Below, one piece after another: positions 37,568-50,349 of a stretch of 64,000 nt of DNA. The DNA comes from Lepidodermella squamata (lineage: Eukaryota; Animalia; Gastrotricha), in NCBI GenBank assembly GCA_047495785.1, contig JBLDXI010000007.1, forward strand, positions 1,798,001-1,862,000, in the 5' to 3' direction. The position numbers and the translations under genes are program-made. The notes below the pieces were generated by a model. It was not told where the DNA came from. It saw only the letters and a list, made by a program, of their open reading frames with translations, and did no database searches. Numbering within the stretch: the stretch's first letter is position 1; each line of letters begins with the position of its first letter.

Positions 37568-38372
37568 GGGTTACCCTCACTTGCGCATTTATCACTTGCG
37601 CATTTATCACTTGCGCATTTGAAAATTATCACTTGCGCATAAAATATTGATTTTACAGCCTGTTGTTCACCAGTTGACGAATTATTATGAAATTTTTATA
37701 AAATAAGATTGGCAGGTGTCACATCTGTTAGTCGCGTGTGTGTAGACATATGGTGCGTTACTGCCCAAATTCAAATTTTCAAATGTTCAAAATCATTTAT
37801 ACATTTTAACTCATTTTCAAAATGCGTTTAACTTGCGTTATGAAATGTGGCTTCGTGTGCCAAGATGCTCGCGGGTCGTCTTGCCACCATAGAAAAACGA
37901 ATAGAAAATACCATAGAAAAAAGGCGAGAGAGTTTGTCGCCAGCTGAAGAAATATCGCGAGATCAACAACGAAATTACCACACTGACGCTGCGTTTTGAC
38001 GAGCAATGGCAAGAAGGCATGAATGCCTATGAACACCTGGGCAATTTGGCAGGCTTCATCGGGCAGAACGGCAAAATATACGCCCAGCACACGGGCCCAA
38101 GACGAGGGCTCTTGCTGCCCTGATTTTCGCTTGATTTTCGCTCGGCCTGACTCTTTTACTTGCTCTTTACTTTGGTCATTACTTTGTAATAAGACGTTGA
38201 TTGAGTAATAACTGCGTCAAGTATCGCAAATAAAAATGTATAAAAAATTTCATAATAACTCATCAACTGGTGAACAACAGGCTGTAAAATCAATATTTTA
38301 TGCGCAAGTGATAATTTTCAAATGCGCAAGTGATAAATGCGCAAGTGATAAATGCGCAAGTGAGGGTAATTC
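37568..38372. mobile_element. Non-autonomous Mutator-like (MULE) element with repeat-containing TIRs
   Basis: ~130-bp TIRs containing tandem 15-bp units CACTTGCGCATTTAT; TATTTTTT duplicated at 37560-37567 and 38373-38380; internal frame 37917-38123 (RQLKKYREINNEI...YEHLGNLA) resembles a MULE transposase C-terminus. Confidence 0.7.
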
Positions 38373-39766
38373 TATTTTTTTATTATTTTCATTGGATTAT
38401 TTTGTAGCGGAAATGTACAACAGTCGGCGATGAAATCGATTTACGAACCTTGGAAAAATAACTCACGCGCAATGTGCCATCACTAAACCATTTGATGTCT
38501 TCACTCGGAGGCGGCCAACGGGTGGAGACAGGGTGTTTCTTCGACAGATCCACAGCAACCCTGGATGTATATAATTCTATAGTCCGAAATCCAGGGTTGC
38601 TGTGTATTTTGTTCGTTCGCCAACGGCCGAACCAGCAAATTCACTAAACTGATGTTGTTGCTGCTGTTCAGTATTTGGCGCGCTGGATTCTTTCGAGAAC
38701 AATATGCGGCGCAATACGACACAGAACAACTCGTGCGACACGCGTTTTCAACAATAGCCTTGATAAATCTTTCGTTTTCCGATTTATTCAATTCAAATAA
38801 CCAAAATAAAGTTAACCAAATGGATAATTTTTCTCATGATTTCTTCAATTAGAACTGTCTTCAGGTGAAAGAAAGTTCAAAAGCTGCAGAATTTCGCTGA
38901 ATGAATTTTCACGATTTATCGAAATTTTTTGGAATATTTTAGAATACGATGCTTGAATCGGAGTGATCAGCTCGAAACTCTCAATTTTCGTCAACAATTA
39001 TTCAAAGATTAAATCAATCAGGCTTATTCGTCGTTTGAATGCCAGCTATAGACTAGCTTGTTCCGAAACCCAAGAATTCACTCGGAATTATTCATCCTTC
39101 AGCTTAATTTTCACATGCGAGATTTTCATCAGTTTTTACTCACTTTCAAATCATATATGAGCTAGCGAAATAAAATAACCGCCATCGATCAAGGTGTTTG
39201 CGAATGTCCGTAAATAGCTCGGTAAATATTTCTTGTCTGGCTTGATTTTTACTCAGCAGATAATACCGGAAATTTCTAGATATATCAAAGTTGATGTGCG
39301 AATAAGTATGCGCCTATAATATAATTGCCCTTAAAATGTCTCTGTGTCACTTGAGCAACAACAGTCTTACAGCGTGGTATATATGTCGATTACAAATAAT
39401 AATAATAACAAAGCAGCAGTAATTCTCCAAAGTGGCCGCTTGTTTTTCAAGTTGATTGGCCATCGCAAGAATTATATACGTCGTAAATTACATAGTGCGG
39501 GCGCGCCGGAAAAATCTAGAGCATTTTGTTGACGAATGGAGGACGCGACTCATCGGACCCATTTTACTCTATTGAGTTGAATCTATTTACCCATTTTTTA
39601 CCCGGACGAATACTTATTATTTACTCAGCCAAAAAATGCTAATACCGCCATTATAATTGGTTCAAATTGCAATTGCGTGATTTTTATTTCTGATTTTTTA
39701 TCGTAAGATCAGAGGGTTCTTTCAGTTTTTTTTCTTCACGCGCCGCCGTTTTAATCGATGCAATAA

Positions 39767-40567
39767 TCAGCGATCAGAAGATGGTCGTTTGGCGATATAA
39801 GCCGCGATAGCCGGCAGCTGTTCGACTTGAGTCGTGTGGTCTGTAAGCAGCGGGAAATGTGTCGCCAATTCTCCCGAGGCCGCGCCAGCGTAATCGTGCA
39901 ACATCCGCATCACGCACGCACATGTAAAATCAGCCCAGGTATACTAAAATTATTCAAAAAAATTATTTAAAAAATTTAGATAAAAATTTAATTATCAACA
40001 CACCTGTTGCCCTACGACAAACTTGCCGCCGTTTTGTTTTAGGCGGGCCTCTAAAAAGCCGAGCTTTTGGGGGAATAGTTCGTTTTTCAACTTTTCGAAC
40101 ATTCGCCGCTTGCGTTCGGAATCCTCCTCGTAGAAGCCCAGCGCGGCGATCATAGCCACATCGGCCAAGGTGTCTATAACTTCATCGCATTGCGCCTCTT
40201 CCCAAGCATTGCTGCCCGCGAGATCTGGAAAAAATTTCAAAAATTTCAGAAAAAATTGTTGAAAAGTAACTTACTGAATTTTCGAGCGAGATAACGGCCA
40301 ATTGCTATGCTTTGGGTCAACAACAGCTTTGTTCCATCGGCCTTAGTTATTTCCAGAACTGGAACTTGTTTCGTCGGCATAGCTGCATGGAAAATGATGC
40401 CAAAGTTAGGAATTTCATTTGGAATGTTTACCTTCTTTAAGTTTTGGCCAGTTTTCGCGGTCAATACGAACATCCTCAAAATCAGCCCCAGCGTAGTGTA
40501 GGATGAAACGAATCCCCTCAGCGCGGCCTCTTGAATTAAAATAGGTCAGCTTATATTTTTCAGCCAT
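39767..40567 (-). CDS. Glutathione S-transferase, sigma class (GST1)
   Basis: [43 protein letters not shown]. Confidence 0.9.
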
Positions 40568-41910
40568 TTTTTCGCGGAACCGCAATTATTATTAGAGCTG
40601 TTTGATATTTTATAAAAATCGAACGGTGTGAAGAAATATTGTTTTACTTCCGTCGAAAAGAGGGCGTGGTCAACGAGTTTTATTGTTCGGTGCACGTGAT
40701 TTTTTTCATTGATAGCGCAGCACGCCTCGTGGCCATAATTATTCTAAGAATATTCTCTCATAGTTGTTTTTTTCGCACTATCATTCCTTAATCCCAAGTT
40801 GTTTTATTCGTTACTCGAACGGCGCAGCTCTTCACGAGGCGTTTTTTTTATCATTGTCATCGATTGGCGGTACTCGATGGCTGCAACTATGAATATGTAG
40901 ATAATATTATGACCCGCGCTTTTTATTGGCCTATATCTATGCAATAAACGCTGCATTGTTAATAGTTAAGCCGCCACAATTACTCGCATCAATCTCTGAG
41001 CCCGATTCTATTTTTTGGCTCATGCTTTCGTTCATCTCTATATGTCTCGCTATATAGACGAAGAGTATACGTCACAAATGCCTCGTCTCATTTCTATCAA
41101 CTGCACCGACAAAGCATCATTAGGCGACTTCCGCTTTCATTTCCGCATGTTTCTTCATCGAAAAAAATTGTATCGGGTCAATTTCACCAGAATTGTCATC
41201 GTTACATCAATTTTTTTGTCATTTTCTCGAAAATTTTAGAAAATTTCTATTATGAAAAATGTACGTTCTACTTTATATCCGCCCCCTATGAAATATTTGC
41301 AGATTTATTTTGCAATTCACATTGCAAATATTAAACATCCGTTCATATAATCTAACCATTGGCTATCGTCCAAATACGAATGGCTTACCCTCGATCGAAA
41401 AATCGGTGACGATCCCGCTCAGTTTTGCGGTTTAGGGCAACGCACGTGTATTATTATTTCGCATTTAACCCAAAAAAAACTCGCTCGTTTTACTCGGACT
41501 GGATTTCAGGTGATCAATTTTCTATGGAAAACTGCAACTTGCGAACGAAAACGTGTATTTTGTAAATCAAACATCGGAGTTTTTTTTTACAAAATTGGAA
41601 AATTTTCAAAATAATTTCGGATTTACGGTCAAATTTAGAGCTCACCTTAATTTTAAAAAATTAGTTTGAAATGTCTGAGTTTGGCAAACAGTCCCAAAAC
41701 AACTCTCCAATTGGGCGGCCAGATCTGGCCATTTTTCAATAATCGATTAAATCAGGAAGTATAGCAAATACGGTATCACCAGAAAGCCCATGATGCAAGC
41801 TATCTGTTATTAGTGATTTTTTCATATTTTTGCATTGAATTTTTGCTAGAATTTTAAACCCGTTAATAATTGATTCGTAACGCTGAACTCGAGCGTTTCC
41901 CCCTCGAGCG

Positions 41911-42501
41911 ATGCGGCTAGGCATCATTAGCGAAGCTAGCTGTATTTTGAACACCCTACTAACGATGCTGCTAAGATTGCCTGCTGTTGCTCAGTCTGCG
42001 TCGATGACGACTCGGCTATTTATCAATCACGCTGCCGCCGCCGATGTTGGCGATGAGCGCGACTATGAAATTTTTGAAACAGTTTACGTCCCATCCGGTA
42101 CCGAAATACCTCTTACCTCCGACGATAGCAGCGATAAAAAGCTCGACGCTGATTACTCTGACGAATTTCTGAATGCGACTGATTCAGCGATACCCGAGGA
42201 CTATACAATAAGCGGTGGTAGTGTAGACGGCAACTACGCGGACGTGGAGAGTGGAAATCACAATTTTAACAGCCAGTCCGGTGATTCGTCAGAATATCAA
42301 GCAACTGCTACTATATCGACGTGGATGGAGGGTGACTATTCAACATCATCTCAAGCAGCCCTGCCCTGGCTTTTAGGCTACAAAAAGCGGAAACCTGCAA
42401 GGTCAAATAGTGACCGCGTTACAGTTAACACAATTTTCGTGTATTTGACCTCAATATTTTTGCGTAAATTTATTGTCTATTTTGCCATAGCTGTCAGTTG
42501 A
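41911..42501 (+). CDS. Orphan acidic Asp/Ser/Tyr-rich protein, possibly secreted
   Basis: 196-codon ORF, more GC-rich than its AT-rich flanks; no family recognised; the 3' end may be spliced. Confidence 0.45.
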   Translation: MRLGIISEASCILNTLLTMLLRLPAVAQSASMTTRLFINHAAAADVGDERDYEIFETVYVPSGTEIPLTSDDSSDKKLDADYSDEFLNATDSAIPEDYTISGGSVDGNYADVESGNHNFNSQSGDSSEYQATATISTWMEGDYSTSSQAALPWLLGYKKRKPARSNSDRVTVNTIFVYLTSIFLRKFIVYFAIAVS

Positions 42502-42832
42502 CGTTTTTTTCTCGAATTTTGTCGCGTGATTTTTTTATTTGCAAAAAAGCTGTGATATTTTTTAATTGCAATGATTGAGAGGTAAAAAAACTGGTTTTAT
42601 CACCGAAAATATAATTTTTACCGGCATGCTGATTGCTTGTTTTTTTGCATTTTTAAATGTCGCTTATATACTAAAAAATATACGATCACCTCGGTTTTTA
42701 TTTTCAGAGCAATAATAAAAATATTATCGCGAATTTTATTTTCTTAGAATCGGCAGAGAGCAGGATTTTCATTTCAAGCCAATCAACGTTAAACTTGTTC
42801 GAGGAATTGTTCGATTTCGATTTCGATACATT

Positions 42833-43721
42833 TTAAAACGGCGTGATTGGTCGTTTCTCTAGATATGCAGCAATTTTCGGAATGGCCTCGACGCTCTTTT
42901 GAAGGGCGACCAGAGTCGGATATTGCTGCTTCACCATTGTTTCAATGTCCTCGCCCAGTCGCTTGATCATCCCATCGAAAATAACCGCTAAATGCAAATC
43001 AGCCCAGGTCCACTGAAATTGGAAAAATTTGAAAAAAATTCCCATATAGTTTTTTATCCTCACGCTATTTCCAACAAGGTGCTTGCCGCCATTAGCAATC
43101 AGCTGCTTTTCAAGACGGCCCAATAAGCGCGGAAGATCGGCCTCTTTCATATGCTTCAAATTACGGGCTTTACGTTCTGGATCTGTTTCTTTTGTGGTCA
43201 TTCCGCCGAAATTGTGAATCTCTTGCAGAGAATCGATGACCTCGTCACACTGCGCTTCTTCAGTCGCGTTTGCACCAGCCAAATCTAACAATAATTTTAG
43301 GAAATTTCGATAAATAATAATGAAATTCAAGCGCTTACGAAATCGCTTAGCAAGATGTCGAGCGATAGTCATACTTTGAGTTAGCACCAGACTTTTGCCA
43401 TCCTTGGTGATTTCCAAAGCTGGAACTTGTAGATTTGGGTAATCTAATTCCCAAAATTAATCAATTATAATAAATTGAAAATTGCAGCAGGTTTTTACTT
43501 TGTTTAAGCGCCGGCCATTCTGACATCTCGAACCTGTAGTCTTCGAATTCAGCCCCAGCGTAATGCAGGATGTAGCGCGAAACTTCAGCCCGGCCTCTGC
43601 CGTTGAAGTAATGCAGTTTGAGGTGTGCGTTGGCCATAGGATCGCCCCGCTTCAGGTATACGTTTATAATGTAATAAAATACGGCTGTTATTAAGGTAAG
43701 ACCTAAAGTATGCTTATCCAT
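42833..43721 (-). CDS. Sigma GST with hydrophobic N-terminal extension (GST2)
   Basis: MDKHTLGLTLITAVFYYIINVYLKRGDP in frame before MANAHLKLHYFNGRGRAE; QSMTIARHLA; WTWAD; KRPITPF. Confidence 0.9.
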
Positions 43722-44367
43722 TGCTTTTAAGCAAAATTTTCTTTATTCCGCATGTGACTTTTCTCAGCGTATACTAAAACAGCGAATTTATTTGAAATAT
43801 GCAATAACACCACCTGGAAACACCTGGCACGTTATCACGGGAAGCGGCTCGTGACGATCCAGTGCTACAAATTTCACAAGTTGACTATTTCACTGCTCAA
43901 ATTGATATCTTTGTCAAATCTGAAGGGGATTACTCGAAGTTGAGTCGAAATCAAAGCTGAAAACCGTAAGCACAAAATACAACCTCGAATTCAAGGTTTG
44001 GGTACGAGTTTCGAATTTATATAGGATCGCACTCGGAAAAAGCTAACGAATTGGTAGAAAGGTAAGAGGTCTGGAAAGCCATTGGAGGATTATGTGTCGA
44101 ACCTAGAATAGGGTCTAATTTTAGGGAACACAGCTGTCCAAGTCAATATAGAATGAAATGCCTGCAAGGCACCGTGGAACCCATAGCGGTGTTCGGAGTC
44201 GAGCACTGGGCAATGAGTAGCCCAGAGCCAAATTCATTGCTTGGGGATTGTTGCGGTTTGTGGAATCTCGAAGTGGTAAGCGAAAAATGCGGGGCGCAAA
44301 AATAAAAAATTAGCTATTACGAAAGTGGCAAGGCATCATCAGTTTAGACGGTATGGACTATGGCCAA

Positions 44368-44532
44368 CAGGGTGGCCTAAAAATTCCGCAGAGGGCGAAT
44401 TCGATGCGCATCATTTTAATGAGGAGTTTCCATTGGTATAAAAGAATGCTTGAAATTCTTCAACTTCTCAAAACTACTCATTAAATCGATGCGCATCGAA
44501 TTCCCGCTCTGCAGAATTTTTTGGCCACCTTG
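44368..44532. mobile_element. Tc1/mariner-type MITE (165 bp)
   Basis: CAGGGTGGCC...GGCCACCTTG followed by TA; inner arms GAATTCGATGCGCATC and GATGCGCATCGAATTC; the left TA is degenerate. Confidence 0.65.
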
Positions 44533-45165
44533 TATGGTTCTTAAGAATAAAGAAAATGTTACTTTATGTAATTATGCAATAAATGAGCCGCTAATTATTG
44601 GCAATTACTGAGCGTATAATATGAAAAATTATTTAGAAATTATTTGCGATTAATAATTGCATTGAATGTCATGGTCAGCTACACCAGCTTCTTGCCCTCC
44701 CGTTATCTCCAAAACCATGGCGTCTTATCCTAATGATAAGGATAGACCTTGCCCCCTTTCAGTCGGCTTTCTTAATTAGGTCACAAGCTTATCGCGTTAT
44801 CAATCTTAGTCTTTCAAGATCCGATTAATTCCCGGCTGGAATAATTATTAAAATAACGCAGTGCCCATCGTTTTATCTCATCAAGTTTTCATCATAGTTT
44901 TGGAAATAAATTAGTATTAATTTAGCGTGAACGATAGAGTATACTATATGAGCAAATAGCCTTAACTTGGGGCAAGAGAGATCCGGACTCAGTTTGCGGG
45001 CATGTTATTTGTTTACCGGTATATGCTGAGCTACACATACCTATTAGTACGGAACATGAAATGTCACGCGGCACAGATGCTGTCTAATAGTTTTTAGCGG
45101 ATATTATTACATCAAGTCCCCGGTATTTTCGACGCTCAGCCATATTTCCTCAGTATAGATCTGTT

Positions 45166-46582
45166 ATGCTAAATAATTTGGATTTGCTACCTCTGCTGTT
45201 CTATGGCTTCAGTTCCTTCTTTGTCACTATAGCTAACAAAGTGATCCTCACGTCTTATGCGTAAGGCTGATATATAGTAATTAATCAATTTATTAAAATA
45301 TTATCTATATTTTTTTGCCAGATTTCCTTCGTATTCTTTCGTTGCCTTGGTTCAGATGGTTTCAGCGGTGTTCGTCCTCGGATTTTTACACTCATCCTCG
45401 CAATTAACAATAGCTCCCCTATCTCGACAAACTTTCTCAAAGGTGCAAATTGAAAATGTTAATATTTTGAATTATAATTTGGATTTGACCCATAGATATG
45501 GCCACTTTGCATTCTAAACCTAATAAATGTCCTATTCGGCCTTGGTGGGACAAAAGGCATGAGCTTGCCCATGTTTGTAGTTCTACGGCATCTCGCCATT
45601 GTTGTCACGCTGGTCTTAGAGAAGCTCATTCTCAAGTAAGGAAACATTTTTAAAAATTACCCGCAAATAATTTTTCAATTTTAGCTCTACGCCAACAGTT
45701 AAAGTTTGCCTCTCAGTATTCCTTATTGCGTTTGGCGGTCTTACTGCTGGATACAGTGATTTGCATTTCGATTTGATCGCTTATTCCTTAGTTGCGATCA
45801 ACAATTTATCGACTGCTGCTAACAACGTCCTTCTTAAATCAAGTCTTTCAAAAATGGTAAAAAAATGAGACAATTTTCGGCTGATTTTTCTCAATTCAAA
45901 ATTTTCCAGGACATTGATAAAATTTCGTTAGCCTTTTACAATTTCGCACTAGCCATCGTTCCACTAACAGTGATTTTCTTCTATTCCAGCAGCATTAAAG
46001 AGGTAAAAAGCAATTTGTTATGGAGTTGAAATTAATTCGTAAATTTTTTCGTAGATTTCAACCTACCCAGCCTGGAAGGATCCGTCTTTCACATTGCTCT
46101 TTCTATTTTCATGCCCTTCCGCCTACCTCATCTTCTTTTCCAGGTATCTCATACCAAAATGATAAGCTTTATCAGTTTAAATGTATTTATAAACTAGTGC
46201 TTGGTGCATAGAGGCTAATTCAGCCCTTACTACGTCAGTAGTGGGCGTGGTTAAGGTAGGTTATTTTAGGCTCTTGCGTCATGACCTGGATTTTACACGG
46301 CCGAATTATCAGAATATTTTAGTCACCGCCTTGGGCATGTTCATCGGAGGTGACTACGTGTTCAACTGGCTGAATTTCACCGGTTTAACAATCAGCACTG
46401 TTGGCGTGGTAGTCTACATCGATGCCAGCGCCAGATCGAGACTTAAATCGAACCCGCATCTTGAGACGTCATCTACTGTCAAAATGGCCACTAAAATTTC
46501 ACCCTTTGAATCTCCGAAATTGGAGAGTGTTGACCTGAAAAAAGATATTGAGCTGAAATCCAGGGGAGATAATTACGTATAA
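45166..46582 (+). CDS. SLC35D-type UDP-sugar transporter (frc/sqv-7 family), multi-exon
   Basis: [21 protein letters not shown]|FPS...[56 protein letters not shown]. Confidence 0.85.
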
Positions 46583-46684
46583 AAATGCCTATTTTATTTT
46601 AATTACTGTGCTTTCCTTTAGAAAATGTGACGAAAAATATTAGAAATAAAATGTTAAAATAATTTTGGGCGTTTTTTCCAGCGT

Positions 46685-46867
46685 TTAATGCTTTGCAAAG
46701 GGACAACCGCCGCCATTGCTTGTTGGTTTATTGATGGGACAAGCTGCCGACTTGGTTTTCGGGCATTCAGTTCCGCACTTTTCGCATTTCGTAACGCCAT
46801 GCGGGTATTTTGCCTTGCATTTCGGGCAGTGACCTTCGGCACAATCGCGAGATTTAGACGATTCCAT
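46685..46867 (-). CDS. 60-aa Cys/His-rich peptide (CxxC-x10-CxxC plus four CP motifs)
   Basis: MESSKSRDCAEGHCPKCKAKYPHGVTKCEKCGTECPKTKSAACPINKPTSNGGGCPFAKH; splice acceptor TTTTATAG 2 nt before the ATG. Confidence 0.6.
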   Translation of the reverse strand: MESSKSRDCAEGHCPKCKAKYPHGVTKCEKCGTECPKTKSAACPINKPTSNGGGCPFAKH

Positions 46868-47132
46868 AGCTATAAAATTTGAGAAAATAACTTGGTTCGA
46901 TCCTTGATATAATCAGGCGGTCAACTTCTAGGTATTCGTCGGTAATTGAAACGTGACTGATTTATTTTTTAATAAATGGCTTCTTCGTTGAAAAAATCAT
47001 GGGGGAAAAAAATGTCGAAGTCACAAGAGCAAGCCTAATCTCTCAGGTCCGATAAACTTATGAATATACGATGATAAATTCGACCTGAGATTCTGCGAAT
47101 TAAAATCAAACTAATTCAGGATTGAAGTCCTT

Positions 47133-48217
47133 CTAATCCGCGTCAGGACATTTTTCAATCCAGGCTTTGATTTCAGGCTGCGCTTCGACTGATTTCCATA
47201 GTTTGCAGAGTTCAGGAAATCGCTGCTGAATTCGGTCGGTATCTGCGCCGCGGGATCTAAGGCTTCCTAGAAAACTTCCTATTGCTAAATCGGCGAAGGT
47301 CCACCGATCTCCAACAATGTGCTTTCCGCCATTTAAAATCAATTTTTCCTCCAAATAGCCGAAAATTCGTGGATATTCTTCGCTCATGAGCCGGTTTTTC
47401 ATTACTTCCTAGAATATTTTTCTGGTGAGAAAAAAAATTGCGAAAATTTAATGTCAACTAACCTTGCGATGCGGGTCTTGCTCTAGAAAGGCTAGGACTA
47501 CCAAGTTCACCAAATCGTTCAGGCAATCGACTACTTCTTCGCATTGAGCTTTTTGAAGAGCGCTATTTCCGCATAAATCTATTCATGTTTAACCTGAATT
47601 CAGCCCGAAAATTGAAATTCATGAACTCACCTAGTTGTTGTGCCAAATATCTGGATATCGTAAGGCTTTGGGTTAGGAATACTTTTTTGCCATCTGCCAT
47701 TTCGATTTCAAGAGCTGGAACTTGTTTAGCTGGAAATTCTAACGAATTTTGATTGATTAATTAAAGAAAATATTGCGTCGGTAAAATGTTACTATTTCGA
47801 ACTTCAGGCCACTTGTCCTAAAATAAAAATTAATAAAAAAAAACGTTGAATTTCAAAAATTGACGCGAATTACGTTAGAGTAGCGGACATCTTCGAAAGG
47901 TTTCTTCGCGAAGTTCAAAATGTACCGGATTAGCTCGGCACGCCCTACTTGATAAAGATGTTGATGGCGTTACATATAGCTGGAAAAAATCTAACCTCTG
48001 GTGTTGAAGTAATGAAGCTTCAGCTTAGCGTTATCAAGCTCGTTTTCACCACGGTTTTCGTTGTGGTTTTTGTCTGTAAGAGGTTGAGCAATCGTTGAGC
48101 AATCATTCGAAAAAATGTTTCATTACTTTGACAATGACAAGTTTCTTCGGATTTTCGTTTACTTGTTGCTTCGCTGGCGGATTCGTCGGCATCATTGCTA
48201 TGACTACTTTCACTCAT
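47133..48217 (-). CDS. Sigma GST with polar/acidic N-terminal extension (GST3)
   Basis: First exon MSESSHSND...CHCQ splices in frame to NKNHNENRGENELDNAKLKLHYFNTRG|RAELIRY; QVPALEI; WTFAD. Confidence 0.85.
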
Positions 48218-48617
48218 AATAAATGATAAATATTCTGTAATTTAGGGTCTAGATACAATTTGCCCGTAACCGCGACCTAATTATTATGATGTTGCGAAAT
48301 GTAAAATAGATTTCATGGCGTGTCAAGAGTCAAGAGTGACTTTTGTTTACTCGTGACCTGCCGCGGTGATTCGACACTTTTTATCACAACACGTCCGAAT
48401 ATCCTTATCGCTGCTGTAACACGTAGGCATAGTGTATAATTTTATCTGCATTTGTACTGAAAATGGTACTAAAAAAGCCTATAATCTTACGATTTCTTAA
48501 GATAAGTAATTTGATACCGGTTGAAGGACAACGAACAAAATGCACTCAAAATAGCGTTTATTTCTCTCGGAAGCATTAAGGTGGCAGCTTTTTTGCGCAT
48601 AAATTAAGTGCGGTATG

Positions 48618-49370
48618 TTACATCGGCGTATCGGGGCGCTTCTTGATCCACTCGGCAATTTGCGGAATCTCCTCAACGCTCTTAGCCAGGGCAACAAGAC
48701 CCGGCAGCTTCTCGGCAATGCCAGCGTTGCCATCAGTCAGCTTCAACAGGGCGTTGACAAACAGCGAAATGCCGAAATCAGCCCACGTCCAGTTGCTGCC
48801 AACAATGTGTTTACCGCCGTTTTCGCGGACCTTCTTTTCAAGGTAGCCTAACAAGCGCGGGTACTCCTCAGCGCGAAGGCGGGCCTTGATCTTTTCCTGA
48901 CGCTCTGGGTCAGGTTCGAACCGAGCCAACAGGGCCAAGTTGGTCAATTCGTGGAGGCAATCAGCAACCTCGTCACATCGGGCAGCTTCTGCCTCGTCAG
49001 CGCCGGTTAGGCCGTGCTTGCGGGCCGCCGAACGGGCGATGGTCAGGCTCTGAGACAGGAAATGGGTCTTGCCATCCTTTTCAATCTCAAGAACGGGCAG
49101 CTGGCCAGTGGGGAAATCTAGTTGAAATACTTTTAAAATCCGTTTTAGGTATATTTTTTCCGGACTCACTGGCTTTGTGGCTTGGCCACTCCTCCTTAGT
49201 GTAGCGAACGTCCTCAAATGGTTGGCCGGCGTAGTGAAAAATGTACCGGATCAACTCGGCTCGGCCGCTAAAATGATAACATCAACCTTATAATTCCCGC
49301 GAAAACTAGACGTTGTTTATTGAACCTACCGAGAGTTGAAGTAGTGAAGTTTAACTTTAGCTTCAGCCAT
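48618..49370 (-). CDS. Sigma GST (GST4)
   Basis: MAEAKVKLHYFNSR|GRAELIRY, GQLPVLEI, QSLTIAR, WTWAD, KRPDTPM. Confidence 0.92.
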
Positions 49371-49835
49371 ATCTCAAGTGTTGCGAAGATTGTAAGTGGT
49401 CTCGACGACTATTCTCGCTGCGTTTTATAACGACCGGTCTCACAGATAAGGAGGCGTATAGAGCTAATTTCCTCACACATTGCGATGTTTCGGGATTATA
49501 TTGAGCAAACAAGCTTGTTATATCTATAGCCGGCGGTGTGTCACCCAACATGTAGGAATAACTTGGCTAATAATATTATCGTTAGAACTGGAAATAATGC
49601 TAATATTCCGGTGATATGCGCGGCTAATTCGCATTCTTAATTCGCCTAGGGTTCAAAAGTCACGGTGTGATGAAAAAAAAACAACTGAATGAATTTATTT
49701 ACACAACAACGTCATAATTTACGAACGCCGAAGTTATAATTTCGGTATCGGAAAAATGCGCCATTTTTTTTATTGCACAGGTATCCCAGCCAGCTTGATT
49801 CGTGACTTGCAAATTGTTTTTACATTCCGTTGCTC

Positions 49836-49845
49836 GTGACTCGGC
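49836..49845 (+). promoter_or_regulatory. ARE-like site upstream of GST4
   Basis: GTGACTCGGC matches RTGACNNNGC. Motif match only. Confidence 0.35.
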
Positions 49846-50349
49846 TAACTAAAAATAATAGAATTGGTATAAAAAAATGCAATAAATAAATAAAATTGTT
49901 TACCTTATATTGGCGTGATGTTAATCCATATTCGGTTATTGAGCAGGTAATTTCTTGGATAAAATACCGAATTATTGAGCCCGCTTCCGCCTTAACTCTT
50001 CAACTTATAACTGCGGGTGACTTGAAAAAATGGCTGAACCAGATGCGTCAGCCATTTTTTATGAATGACAGCACCAGCCAATGAAGTAGATTAGAGAGCG
50101 GCGCGTGTTTGTGACGGCCGCCTCTCATTTATCAGCGCAGCACTAGTGTTCATAATGAAAAAGCGGCGCCTTTACGGACGCGTGACCAGAATACGTGCGT
50201 GGTGAGAGGGTGCTTATGAGACGATAATTAATGACTGCGTTTTTTATTATTACCCCCTAAAACCCTGTTGCTAACAAGCATACAAGTCTCATTATTTATT
50301 TCAAAAAATAATTGTTAAAAATTGAAGAAAATTGTAGTTTTGAGATGAA

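Noticed and set aside
37574-37640. Tandem 15-bp repeats resembling a CRISPR array
   Set aside because: No spacers, eukaryotic context, and mirrored as part of a TIR.
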